The notes beneath the pieces were generated by a model that worked only from the letters and a program-made list of their open reading frames with translations, made no database searches and was not told the origin of the DNA. Of a stretch of DNA of 64,000 nt, positions 1 through 9,337 are shown piece after piece. The position numbers and the translations under genes are program-made. This stretch comes from a phage. The number at the start of each line of letters is the position of its first letter. The first letter of the stretch is position 1. The DNA is taken from the sequence record PZ154897.1; one strand, 5' to 3'.

Positions 1-34
1 AATTGAACCTGCTACTAAAGTTTCCATGTTTTCC

Positions 35-415
35 TCACTTAGTCAAATTTTTTACGCATGAATTATAAGAATTTACTACATACTCCATCGGAGCATTTTT
101 ACCGGTACGCCATTGGTAATTATTAGCCCAATTTGCCCAAAGTTCAGCACAGTAGTTTTCAATTTTTTCTTCACGTGTAATCACATCTGAATTACGATAT
201 GCTTGGGCAGATTCATCTGGACGAATAGCTTCGTCAAAATTCGCCTGCATTTGTTCTACTGTCTGTTTTGGAGCCTCTTTATAACACTTAACATTAGGAT
301 TATAAAATTTGCTTGAACAGTTTACAATTTTTCCTACATCAGACTGATTTACTACTGGTCCTTGAGCTACACAACCAGTAAGACCCAATGCAATAACCAA
401 AATAGCGATTTTCAT
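35..415 (-). CDS. putative secreted lipoprotein, Cys-rich (signal peptide + lipobox LTGC)
   Basis: ORF track 35..427 begins at TTG; trimmed to first ATG (413-415) giving MKIAILVIALGLTGC...; GGAG SD upstream; early-promoter element just upstream. Confidence 0.5.
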   Translation of the reverse strand: MKIAILVIALGLTGCVAQGPVVNQSDVGKIVNCSSKFYNPNVKCYKEAPKQTVEQMQANFDEAIRPDESAQAYRNSDVITREEKIENYCAELWANWANNYQWRTGKNAPMEYVVNSYNSCVKNLTK

Positions 416-444
416 TTCATTCTCCAAATCCGTATCAGTTGATA

Positions 445-482
445 GTTATATAGTACCATAAAGGAACCGGGATGTAAACCAT
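445..482 (-). promoter_or_regulatory. early sigma70-type promoter (-35 GTTTAC, extended -10 TGGTACTATA) driving the lipoprotein gene
   Basis: minus-strand GTTTAC (474-479) and TGGTACTATA (449-458); member of repeated promoter cassette also at 16304, 45344, 49367 with shared upstream TTTTCACAAA. Confidence 0.55.
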
Positions 483-566
483 TTTGTGAAAAAATTTTTA
501 ATGAATTCAAAGGGCCCAGAATCATCTATTTTTCCTAAGTATAGATTTATATTACTTGTATGAAAA

Positions 567-584
567 AGGGACCCGGAGGTCCCT
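567..584 (-). terminator. stem-loop (7-bp stem, CGGA/UCCG loop) followed by U-rich tract downstream of gene 43
   Basis: agggacc-cgga-ggtccct palindrome; minus-strand UUUUCAU follows. Confidence 0.5.
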
Positions 585-596
585 AGATTTATTCTA

Positions 597-3293
597 TCAG
601 CCAAACAGGAAGTCTAACGAAGCTTTTTCCTCATAGTCCATACCTGCCGATTCACACATGCCCGCAAGCGGTTTAACAAACGATTTTTGGAACAAAGTTG
701 AGTAGTCAATCCAAGACAGTACATCAGAACGAATTTCTTTTGGAAGTTCCGTACCCGACGGCCAAGCAATGCACTTATCACCAAATGGATTTCCTTCACG
801 TAATGGAAGAACCATTACCTTATTTCCATCCAAAATTGGAGCTACACCTAAACCATTAACAGCTCGACGATAAGTTAGCACCCCACGAATGTGGAACGGG
901 CATTTAAATCCTGGCCAACCTTTATCATCATATTTCGCTATATCGTTCGCAGTTTTTACTTCAGCAATAACTTTATAGTCAAGTTGACGATATTCTTTCT
1001 CAAAGTTCTTGTAGTATTCTTGGACAGACTCTTCACCTTCCTGAAGAATACGACGAATACTTTCTTCGAGAGCTTCTTGTACTGCTTTTGGTGTTGAACT
1101 CTGCTGAGTTTCCATACCCATGATTTTTAGATGTGGTTCAGCAAATCGTTTATCTTCCATATCATAAACGTTCAGAGCATAACGCTTTTTCGCTTTCCAA
1201 AATCCACCAACACCCTTTGAACCAAGTGGAGGGCAAGAAATAGCTTCACGGTCCATATGCATCAGATGCTCGCGGTTATTCATATAATCACATAACTCAC
1301 GATATGCAACATCAATCATAGGTTCCATCTTTTTCTTACCAAACTGATTCATGAATTCAACTAAATCGTTCTGCTCTTTGAATCGGTCAAGACCAACTTT
1401 TTCAACAACTTTATCTACGCAAACATATACCGAATCAGTATCACCTGCTGCGATGAAATCTTCACCATTAGTTCCACACACTTTATTCAGATACTCATTA
1501 ATTTTACGAGCAATCCACTGAATACCGACTTGACCGAAAATTGTGATAGCAGTAGCATTTCGCAAATCATAGTAACGGAAATGAATATTACCAAGAGCAC
1601 CATAAAGACTGTTAATAAGAATTTTACGGTTCAGTTGATTTGTGTTAGCAAGTGTAGCCGCTTTTTCACATTCTTCAATCAGACTATTGAGAACGGATTC
1701 GGTGTAATTCGATAGTTCATTTAAGAAATCATCATTGAACTTAACATATCGTTCAACTTCTGGTTTAGTTGAACAAGACCCTGCGCCTTTCATAATAATC
1801 TTTTTAATAGCTTCGGCATTCATTTCTTCAGCGAACATTTTCTTTTTCCAATCTTTACGCTGGAAAAATACTTTAGCGATTTCCTTTGGAATGATACCTT
1901 CTTGATGCTTATCATACATCCATCCATTCGGAGAGCAAGAATATTCATCACTCGGTTTAGGAGCTGTTCCTGCAATATATTCATGAATTGGATGAACTTT
2001 AAACTGCCCACGAATAGTCTCAGGACTAATGTTAACCTGACGAATAATGCTAGGATACAGAGACGTCAAGTCAAAACTCATAATATATCGACGAGCAATT
2101 GGTTTAGGTTCAAACACAAATGCACCCGGAAAACTCTGTTTAACGTGCGAACCCTGTTGAGGAATAACCTTATGTTCACCTTTCAATGAGTTAAAAATAA
2201 TAGCATCCCAAGTTTTAATAGGACTCATTACACCAGAAAAAGGCATTTTAGCGTAATAAGACATACTTAAAACTAGATCGATAAACCCACGAATTTTATC
2301 AATTGCTTGAACTGATTCTACGTCAATGATGTTATAACTAATGTATCGTTGATGATTAGTCTCACGAAGTTTATTAATAGGACCATCGTACGGCAATTTA
2401 CCTTTTTTGGTTTCATGTTGAGCAACTGATTCCAAAGAGAACGATGGCAAATTAGTAAATGCGAACTTCTTGTATAAATCTAAATAATCAAGAATAGATA
2501 CGCCATCAATAGAATAAATTTCTTTGCTACCGTACATATTTTGAATTAGTTTAGATTTTACTCGACCGATTGGAGAGAAACGTTTCATACTGCGTTCGCC
2601 GAGAACCATTTTAACACGGTTCATGATATACGGAACGTCAAACCCCTCAATATTCCAACCAGTAAAAATAGCAGGTCGTTTCTGTTCCCAGAGATTGATA
2701 TATTCCATGAGCATATCACGCTCATTATCGAATGGCATATAAATTACTCGGTCAAGAATTTCTTGAGGAACTTCATCACCACCTTCACAGTCAAGCTTAG
2801 CAGCTAACTTTGCATCCCATTTTGATACTGAACCGTACATTGAATTCAACAAATCAAAGACGTAAAAACGGTCGTCAATTGAATCATAATGAGTGATAGC
2901 ATCAATTTCATATTCTGCTTTCATTGGGTCAGGAAATTTATCGCCAGTAACCTCAATGTCACAATTAGCTACACGAACAAATTTTCGGTCATAAACAATT
3001 TCTGAACCATACGTATCACTGATATAAGCGAGTTTAAAATCGTTCATACCGAGAGCTTCGAGACCGATGTCTTCCATTCGCTTCATCCAGTCTCGTGCAT
3101 CTTTCATTGATGGAAATTTTTGAGGAGCGCAATTTTTACCATAAATGTCTTTGTATTTTGACTCTTCCTTACAATGCCTAAACATAGTCGGAAGATATTC
3201 TACTTCGCGAGTACGTTCCTTTCCATTTTCATCAATATAACGTTCAACAATATTATTTCCGACTGTTTCGATAGAGATATAAAATTCTTTCAT
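597..3293 (-). CDS. 43: DNA polymerase gp43 (family B, with 3'-5' exonuclease)
   Basis: 898-aa ORF; N-terminus MKEFYISIETVGNNIVERYIDENGKERTREVEYLPTMF matches T4 gp43 from memory; size identical to T4 gp43. Confidence 0.97.
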   Translation of the reverse strand: MKEFYISIETVGNNIVERYIDENGKERTREVEYLPTMFRHCKEESKYKDIYGKNCAPQKFPSMKDARDWMKRMEDIGLEALGMNDFKLAYISDTYGSEIVYDRKFVRVANCDIEVTGDKFPDPMKAEYEIDAITHYDSIDDRFYVFDLLNSMYGSVSKWDAKLAAKLDCEGGDEVPQEILDRVIYMPFDNERDMLMEYINLWEQKRPAIFTGWNIEGFDVPYIMNRVKMVLGERSMKRFSPIGRVKSKLIQNMYGSKEIYSIDGVSILDYLDLYKKFAFTNLPSFSLESVAQHETKKGKLPYDGPINKLRETNHQRYISYNIIDVESVQAIDKIRGFIDLVLSMSYYAKMPFSGVMSPIKTWDAIIFNSLKGEHKVIPQQGSHVKQSFPGAFVFEPKPIARRYIMSFDLTSLYPSIIRQVNISPETIRGQFKVHPIHEYIAGTAPKPSDEYSCSPNGWMYDKHQEGIIPKEIAKVFFQRKDWKKKMFAEEMNAEAIKKIIMKGAGSCSTKPEVERYVKFNDDFLNELSNYTESVLNSLIEECEKAATLANTNQLNRKILINSLYGALGNIHFRYYDLRNATAITIFGQVGIQWIARKINEYLNKVCGTNGEDFIAAGDTDSVYVCVDKVVEKVGLDRFKEQNDLVEFMNQFGKKKMEPMIDVAYRELCDYMNNREHLMHMDREAISCPPLGSKGVGGFWKAKKRYALNVYDMEDKRFAEPHLKIMGMETQQSSTPKAVQEALEESIRRILQEGEESVQEYYKNFEKEYRQLDYKVIAEVKTANDIAKYDDKGWPGFKCPFHIRGVLTYRRAVNGLGVAPILDGNKVMVLPLREGNPFGDKCIAWPSGTELPKEIRSDVLSWIDYSTLFQKSFVKPLAGMCESAGMDYEEKASLDFLFG

Positions 3294-3330
3294 AGATATT
3301 CCTTAGTTTATAGCCCGAGTTATTAGGCTC
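3291..3330 (-). promoter_or_regulatory. gene 43 translational operator (RNA hairpin with AAUAACUC loop abutting the SD)
   Basis: minus-strand reads GAGCCUAAUAACUCGGGCUAUAAACUAAGGAAUAUCUAUG: 5-bp stem, 8-nt loop, SD AAGGAA, start codon; matches the known autoregulatory gp43 binding site. Confidence 0.8.
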
Positions 3331-3352
3331 TTGATATATTATACTCCAAATA

Positions 3353-3368
3353 AGGGGCCGAAGCCCCT
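3353..3368 (-). other. GGGGC-UUCG-GCCCC tetraloop hairpin (intercistronic RNA stem-loop)
   Basis: aggggc-cgaa-gcccct on plus strand = UUCG tetraloop on minus transcript. Confidence 0.5.
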
Positions 3369-3371
3369 TGC

Positions 3372-3593
3372 TTAAATTAATACCAGTTGTCGGTGAAAAA
3401 TTGTCAATCCATCTGCATTAATTGACTTAACCACTGCGGTAAAGTGTTTTTGTTCTGGGTGAACTAATTTTTGAAATTCTACCTGAAATTTTAGTTGGAG
3501 GTTTTCTGGTAAATCAAAAAGTGTTTCTGTTGCAGAAAGATTATATTTTTCTTTAAGAGACGCCATGTATTCTTGCGGAGTTATAGCAGTCAT
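3372..3593 (-). CDS. hypothetical small protein (74 aa) between regA and gene 43
   Basis: ORF 3372..3635 trimmed to internal ATG directly after regA stop (MTAITPQEYMASLKEK...). Confidence 0.45.
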   Translation of the reverse strand: MTAITPQEYMASLKEKYNLSATETLFDLPENLQLKFQVEFQKLVHPEQKHFTAVVKSINADGLTIFHRQLVLI

Positions 3594-3594
3594 A

Positions 3595-3963
3595 TTAATT
3601 ACCAATCGTATATTTAGGAACGAGTTTCCATTCATGTTTTTGTTTAAAAGAAATAACTCGGAAGTTATTAGTTAAATCTTTCATAAAAGTTCTTTGACCA
3701 GGAACGATTTCAATTAGTCCCCAATCTTCTAATAGCCATGCGATTGAATCACGACGAACTTCATCTTCTTCTGTCATTTCAACCTGGCGACCATCCATAC
3801 GAAGCATTTCTTTAAAATGAACGATATAGTATAGTCCTTTTTTCTGAAGAATATGACAGGACTGATACAGAACTTTATCTTTATTATTAGCAATTCCCAT
3901 ACGAGTCAAAGTTTCTTTTACTTTCAGAAAATCTTCAGGTTTTTTAAGAGTAATTTCAATCAT
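3595..3963 (-). CDS. regA: translational repressor RegA
   Basis: 122-aa ORF MIEITLKKPEDFLKVKETLTRMGIANNKDKVLYQSCHILQKKGLYYIVHFKEM...; size and position between 62 and 43 as in T4. Confidence 0.9.
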   Translation of the reverse strand: MIEITLKKPEDFLKVKETLTRMGIANNKDKVLYQSCHILQKKGLYYIVHFKEMLRMDGRQVEMTEEDEVRRDSIAWLLEDWGLIEIVPGQRTFMKDLTNNFRVISFKQKHEWKLVPKYTIGN

Positions 3964-3964
3964 T

Positions 3965-4528
3965 TTACCATTCCAATGCTAGTTTTTTGAGTTGTTTCTG
4001 TTCTTTTACGTTCTTAGTCACTTCTTTCAAAAAATCATCCGTGACTAATCCTTTTAGTTCTTTTAATACTAAAGGTAGTTTTCCGTTTTTAGTAAGAATT
4101 GATTTATAGTTAATTGCATCATTTGTATTAACTTGATACCGTTTAGCAAGTAACTTAATAATCAATACTTCGGTGGAATCTTCAACCAGTTTTGCCCATT
4201 TACCATATCTTTTACCCCGAGGAACAGCAGCCATCAGATAATTAAAATGAGCTTCATCACTTAAACCTGATCCAATTAAATTCATAGCATATACAGCTGG
4301 CATGCACTCTGGAAATTGTGATAATGCATTCTCAACCATGTATTTTGAATAATCTTTTTGAGCAATAGAGCATTTAGTTTTATTATTAATAGCTCCAATT
4401 ATTTCAAAAAACTCATTTTCAGCTTTTTCTTTAAAAGAATCAGCAGCGGATTGGACAGCTGTCCAATCTTTAGAATACCAAGCAACTTGATGCTCGTTTA
4501 ATTGAATATCATCTTCAAATAAGCTCAT
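3965..4528 (-). CDS. 62: clamp-loader small subunit gp62
   Basis: 187 aa from [22 protein letters not shown]...; adjacent to gp44; ORF-track N-terminal extension trimmed. Confidence 0.9.
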   Translation of the reverse strand: MSLFEDDIQLNEHQVAWYSKDWTAVQSAADSFKEKAENEFFEIIGAINNKTKCSIAQKDYSKYMVENALSQFPECMPAVYAMNLIGSGLSDEAHFNYLMAAVPRGKRYGKWAKLVEDSTEVLIIKLLAKRYQVNTNDAINYKSILTKNGKLPLVLKELKGLVTDDFLKEVTKNVKEQKQLKKLALEW

Positions 4529-4529
4529 A

Positions 4530-5489
4530 TCACTTCCACTGCATTTCACATGCCAATTGAATGAAAAGATATGCTAAATGTAATTCAGTATTAGCCGCAA
4601 TTCCATGATACTGGTTATTTTCACCAACAATTTCATACATACGAATAATACTTTGCGGAGTTACGCGTGTATAGATTTCTTCGGCAAGTTTACCTACGAA
4701 CCACGAATAATCAGCCGCATATTTTGGTGCTAAAGCTCTGAGTTGTTTAACATCTTTATTTTTGAGAGACTCAAGAACATCATCAATAGCACCACGATCG
4801 TTAGTAACCAGTGATAAAATACCAGCATCCAAAACACCTTTAGATGAATAACTATCGAGCTCACCAATAGTTTTACGAAAATCAGGAAAATTCTTTTTAA
4901 CCAAAGCTGCTACAACTTTCATATCAGCTATAGCAATTCCTTCATGCTTACAGATTTCAGTCAATCGACGAATCATCTGCTTCATCATTTCAATTTTATC
5001 TTCATCGGTCGGTTGACCGAACGTAATAACTCGACAGCGTGACTGAAGTGGTTTAATAATACCATCAATATTGTTAGCAGTAATAATAATACTACAGTTT
5101 GAACTATAAGCTTCCATAAAGGAACGAAGATGTCGCTGAGACTCTGCTAACCCTGAACGGTCAAATTCATCAATAACGATTACTTTTTGACGACCATCAA
5201 ATGAAGCGGCGCTGGCAAAATTAGTCAAAGGACCACGAACGAAATCAATTTTACAATCTGACCCATTCACAAACATCATATCAGCATTTACATCATGACA
5301 CAATGCTTTTGCTACAGTTGTTTTACCTGTTCCTGGAGAAGGAGAATGAAGAATAATATGTGGAATCTTACCTTTACTTGTAATAGATTTAAAGGTTTCT
5401 TTATCAAAGGCGGGAAGAATACATTCATCGATAGTAGATGGACGATATTTCTGTTCAAGAATGTGTTCTTTTTCATTTATAGTAATCAT
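4530..5489 (-). CDS. 44: clamp-loader ATPase subunit gp44 (AAA+)
   Basis: 319 aa from [22 protein letters not shown]...; Walker [11 protein letters not shown]; Walker B VIVIDEFD; SRC motif (LQSRCRVI). Confidence 0.95.
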   Translation of the reverse strand: MITINEKEHILEQKYRPSTIDECILPAFDKETFKSITSKGKIPHIILHSPSPGTGKTTVAKALCHDVNADMMFVNGSDCKIDFVRGPLTNFASAASFDGRQKVIVIDEFDRSGLAESQRHLRSFMEAYSSNCSIIITANNIDGIIKPLQSRCRVITFGQPTDEDKIEMMKQMIRRLTEICKHEGIAIADMKVVAALVKKNFPDFRKTIGELDSYSSKGVLDAGILSLVTNDRGAIDDVLESLKNKDVKQLRALAPKYAADYSWFVGKLAEEIYTRVTPQSIIRMYEIVGENNQYHGIAANTELHLAYLFIQLACEMQWK

Positions 5490-5523
5490 AATTTCCTCAT
5501 TCAAGTTTTAGTGTAAATTATAA

Positions 5524-5537
5524 AGGGCCGAAGCCCT
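5524..5537 (-). other. AGGGC-UUCG-GCCCU tetraloop hairpin between genes 44 and 45
   Basis: agggc-cgaa-gccct palindrome in 36-bp intergenic gap. Confidence 0.5.
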
Positions 5538-5540
5538 CTA

Positions 5541-6227
5541 TTAAAAATCGTGGGTAGAATCAGCTTCAAGAGCTACTACATAATTCGCATGTTCACCTTC
5601 AAATTTAGCAGCGCCTTGTTTACCTTTTGCCCAGAGAAGAAGTTTATAATTTCCTGGTTGCATTTTCATATTTGCCATATTGATAATGAAATTAAATGTA
5701 TTTTCACCATCATAATCACCAAGAGTCAAAGAATATTTAACACGGGTCAAAGCAGAATCTTCTACTTTGTTAAAACCGTTAATTACAATTTTACCTTCTT
5801 TTACTGTGATAGCAATTGTATCAATCTGCAGACCGCGAGATACACGCAACAGCTGTTGAAGGTCTTCAGCTTTAATTTCAGTAACAACAGATGCTACCGG
5901 GAATGGAATTGGTTTATTAGGAGCAACTACTGTACTCGGATCGGCTGCTGGCCAAAAAATTGTTGAGCGAGCATCAGCAATTTTAATATTACCATCTTCT
6001 GACTGGGAAATTTCTGCATCATCATTAACTAGAGACAGAATACCGAGAAAACCGTTCAAATCGTAAATCGCTACATCAAAATCAATAACGTCAGAAATAT
6101 TTGCTTCCGCATAAGTGGTACCATTAACCGCGCGAGTCATAATAAATTGACCGGATTTAAGCATAATACCGGAGTTAATAGTAGCGAAATTTTTCAAAAT
6201 ATTCAGCGTATCTTTAGACAGTTTCAT
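5541..6227 (-). CDS. 45: sliding clamp gp45
   Basis: 228-aa ORF MKLSKDTLNILKNFATINSGIMLKSGQFIMTRAVNGTTYAEANISDVIDFDVAIYDLNGF...; size/position as T4 gp45. Confidence 0.95.
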   Translation of the reverse strand: MKLSKDTLNILKNFATINSGIMLKSGQFIMTRAVNGTTYAEANISDVIDFDVAIYDLNGFLGILSLVNDDAEISQSEDGNIKIADARSTIFWPAADPSTVVAPNKPIPFPVASVVTEIKAEDLQQLLRVSRGLQIDTIAITVKEGKIVINGFNKVEDSALTRVKYSLTLGDYDGENTFNFIINMANMKMQPGNYKLLLWAKGKQGAAKFEGEHANYVVALEADSTHDF

Positions 6228-6282
6228 GTAATTTCCTTCAATTCAAATGAGATTTAATTTTATAACTAATTTAATAAAGCAA

Positions 6283-6672
6283 TTAACGATTAAAATCAGC
6301 CGCAATTGTTTCCGCAACAAGTTGAGCAGCAACAATTAGACGTTCATCTGCATTACCGCAATATTCATCTTCAAGGCGTTCACCACATGAAGTCATAATA
6401 AATTTAGCACCGGCGTTTAGGGATTCTGTAGTATGTTTGCGCATTAGTTCAATCCATTTATTACTTACTTCACGATCGATAGCTTCATAATACGCATGAC
6501 GAGCAGGTGCAGATTTAATTTTGTTCTGAATAACTTCCATTGCGTTATCAGAAAGAGACAAAACCCATGCTCGACGAATTTTATTTTGGTTTTGTGGATT
6601 TGAATCAGAACGCACGTGTTTTGGCTGAATATCTTTTACATCAACAGTATAATTCACAGTAATTTTAGTCAT
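6283..6672 (-). CDS. rpbA: RNA polymerase-binding protein RpbA
   Basis: 129-aa ORF immediately downstream of gene 45; synteny and size as T4 rpbA. Confidence 0.7.
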   Translation of the reverse strand: MTKITVNYTVDVKDIQPKHVRSDSNPQNQNKIRRAWVLSLSDNAMEVIQNKIKSAPARHAYYEAIDREVSNKWIELMRKHTTESLNAGAKFIMTSCGERLEDEYCGNADERLIVAAQLVAETIAADFNR

Positions 6673-6681
6673 AATACACCT

Positions 6682-6873
6682 TTAGTCATAATAATCAGTA
6701 ACAGTCCAAGCTTCATTTCTGTTGGACATTATTTTCGTATATTCTGATTTAAATGCATTCTTAAGCATAGATTCAGTAACTATATGCTCTTCATTAGAAA
6801 AATTATTTCTCAGAATATATCGTTTTATTTCAGGAATAGTTAATAGATGCTGTCCAGTTGAATATTCTGCCAC
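6682..6873 (-). CDS. 45.2: small conserved protein (45.2-like)
   Basis: 63-aa ORF in the 45.2 position between rpbA and 46. Confidence 0.55.
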   Translation of the reverse strand: MAEYSTGQHLLTIPEIKRYILRNNFSNEEHIVTESMLKNAFKSEYTKIMSNRNEAWTVTDYYD

Positions 6874-6924
6874 AGTTCCTCCGTATAAATATGTTTATCA
6901 CTCGCTGTATCAAAAGGATATGTT

Positions 6925-7641
6925 ATGAATTATAAACTAATTTATGAAAAGTTAATCTCTAATGCTAAATCTCGAAAACTTGATTGCTATACTGAATCTC
7001 ATCACATTATACCACGCTGTTTAAACGGTAGTGATGATGCTTCAAACTTAGTAGATTTAACGCCAGAAGAGCACTATGTAGCTCATCAACTTTTAGTAAA
7101 AATTTATCCTTCTGAACCAAAATTAGTCTATGCTGCTAACATGATGACAGTTTCTACGAAATACGCTAAACGTAACAATAAAACTTTCGGCTGGATTCGT
7201 CGTAAACTCTGGGAAATAGAAAAGAATAAAGAGTTCTCCAAAGAGACACGAAAGAAAATGTCCGACGCAGTAGCTAATAAAGCAAGACTAACTTGTCCAC
7301 ATTGCGGTAAGTCTGGATTAAGCGGGAATATGAATCGATGGCATTTTGATAACTGCCCAAATCATCCCAATCCTAAAGTTAGACCGCCAATGTCTAAAGA
7401 ACACAGAAATAATATCTCAAACGGGCTTAAAGCAATCGTTCTTGAAGAAACATCCTGCGAATTCTGCGGAATGATAGGCAAGAAATGCGTTATCGCAGCG
7501 CATAGAAATTTCTGCAAGAAAAATCCAAATGGACGCAAGAAAACTGAAAAGACTGGTACTTGCGTCCATTGTGGTAAAGTTACCACTTTCGGAAATTTAT
7601 CAAGATGGCATAATGATAATTGTAAATATAAACCTAGCTAA
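6925..7641 (+). CDS. HNH homing endonuclease (mob-type) with three C-terminal Zn-finger repeats
   Basis: 238 aa; motif [30 protein letters not shown]; three repeats of C-x-H-C-G...W-H/N-x-D/N-N-C; opposite strand to all neighbours; paralog of 51510..52169. Confidence 0.8.
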   Translation: MNYKLIYEKLISNAKSRKLDCYTESHHIIPRCLNGSDDASNLVDLTPEEHYVAHQLLVKIYPSEPKLVYAANMMTVSTKYAKRNNKTFGWIRRKLWEIEKNKEFSKETRKKMSDAVANKARLTCPHCGKSGLSGNMNRWHFDNCPNHPNPKVRPPMSKEHRNNISNGLKAIVLEETSCEFCGMIGKKCVIAAHRNFCKKNPNGRKKTEKTGTCVHCGKVTTFGNLSRWHNDNCKYKPS

Positions 7642-9322
7642 TCTTAGCTAAACTAAATCTACCAACTTTTTCCATTTGAATGTGCTGACCATATTCCTGT
7701 GGGTCATGGTCTTTATGCGAAATTATGAAGAAGTTGGTATCCTTCAAACCATCTAAAATTTTAGCCACATTTTTAATACCTTCAGCATCAAATGCACCGT
7801 CATACACTTCATCAAGAAATAAACAACTTATTTTAACACCTGAAACTTTTTCAGCAATATCACGCCAAGTAAATAAAAGAGCAATATCAATTCGTGCTTT
7901 TTCACCTTGACTAAATGAAGCATAACTAAAATCTTCACGACCACGGGATTTAATTGTCTCATTAAATTCTTCATCTAATGTAAACACATAATCCGCTTCC
8001 ATTATTTTAAGATAATGGTTAATCTGCTTATTAAATAATGGAATGTACTTTTTAATAATAGCACCTTTAATACCAGAATCTTTGAGCATATCAGTCAAAA
8101 TTCCTCGGTGGTATTTTTCCATTACTAAATTAGTTTTTGTCTTAACAATTTTATCAAGTTCTTCTTGAAGCAGTGCTATTTCATCAGCATGGTCAATAAA
8201 CTCAGAAGATGCTTTTTCTATAGCCGCTTTAACCTTTTTAGCTTTATCTACCGTCGTGATTAGAGATTGCTTTTTATTGCGAATATCATTTGCCAACGTC
8301 TGTTGGGTTTTAATATTATCTCGGTATTCATCAACGAGAACTTTTAAATTATCACGATGTGTTGAAAGCTGTTCAAACGAATGCGTGCATTCAGAAACTT
8401 TATCTTTAATTTTAGAAACAACTTTATCACCGGAACTTAATTGTGACAAACAGGTTGGACATAATCCACCTTCGTGATACATATTAATGACTTTATTATA
8501 CGAGTCAATTTTTGATTTAATTAAAAATGCTTCTTGACCGATTTTATTAAATGCATCAGTCGGGTCTTCATCCAAAACAATATTAACTAATCTTTCATTA
8601 GCTTCTTCTATTTCCGATTTTAGCGTTCTAGCTTCTTTTGCCAAATCATCATACATATTCTGCAGACGAGTAAGGTTATCACCAGTTAATTTTTTCTGGC
8701 GTTCAACGTTATCATTATATATTTTAATTTGTTGGATAATACTATCTTTTTTAACATCAAGCACTTGGTTTTGTGAATTTAATTCACGTATTAGTGCTTT
8801 ATTAAGCTTATCCATTTCAGCTAATGTTCCTACCTCAAGCAGGTCTTCCACAAGCTTTCTTCGCGCAGGGGTCGACAAACCCATGAAAGGGGTATACCCT
8901 GCTGTACCAAGGACAACAATCTGCTTGAAACTGGCATATGACATTCCGATAAGCTGTTCAAATTCTGCTTGGAAATCTTTACTGCTGGCAGATTCATTAA
9001 GACGTGTACCGTTAACGGTGATTTCGAAAACGTTTGGTTTTTGTCCTCTTTTGATATAGTACTTTTTCTCATCATATTCCATCCACAGTTCAACTAAAAG
9101 TTCTTTCTTATTTGTGCTGTTTATTAATTGACCTTTCTTTACATCACGGAATGGCTTGCCAAAAAGCCCAAATGTGATGGCTTCTAACATAGTAGACTTA
9201 CCACCGCCATTTCGTCCAGTAATAAGAGTTTTTTGAACCTTATCTAATTGAATGTCAACTCCATTTTGACCAACTGACATTATATTTTTATATTTTACTC
9301 TATTAAGTTTAAATGATTTCAT
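7634..9322 (-). CDS. 46: recombination endonuclease subunit gp46 (SbcC/Rad50-like ATPase)
   Basis: 562 aa; Walker A GRNGGGKST; long coiled-coil middle; CPTC zinc hook; signature SQGE and D-loop FLDEV. Confidence 0.95.
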   Translation of the reverse strand: MKSFKLNRVKYKNIMSVGQNGVDIQLDKVQKTLITGRNGGGKSTMLEAITFGLFGKPFRDVKKGQLINSTNKKELLVELWMEYDEKKYYIKRGQKPNVFEITVNGTRLNESASSKDFQAEFEQLIGMSYASFKQIVVLGTAGYTPFMGLSTPARRKLVEDLLEVGTLAEMDKLNKALIRELNSQNQVLDVKKDSIIQQIKIYNDNVERQKKLTGDNLTRLQNMYDDLAKEARTLKSEIEEANERLVNIVLDEDPTDAFNKIGQEAFLIKSKIDSYNKVINMYHEGGLCPTCLSQLSSGDKVVSKIKDKVSECTHSFEQLSTHRDNLKVLVDEYRDNIKTQQTLANDIRNKKQSLITTVDKAKKVKAAIEKASSEFIDHADEIALLQEELDKIVKTKTNLVMEKYHRGILTDMLKDSGIKGAIIKKYIPLFNKQINHYLKIMEADYVFTLDEEFNETIKSRGREDFSYASFSQGEKARIDIALLFTWRDIAEKVSGVKISCLFLDEVYDGAFDAEGIKNVAKILDGLKDTNFFIISHKDHDPQEYGQHIQMEKVGRFSLAKIS

Positions 9323-9337
9323 TTTGTATCCAATTGT

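Noticed and set aside
614-2189. Five ORFs of 61-95 aa (614..799, 891..1097, 1530..1715, 1820..2011, 1902..2189) inside the gene 43 coding region
   Set aside because: All lie within or antisense to the strongly supported DNA polymerase ORF and have low-complexity, stop-poor AT-rich translations; no independent start context
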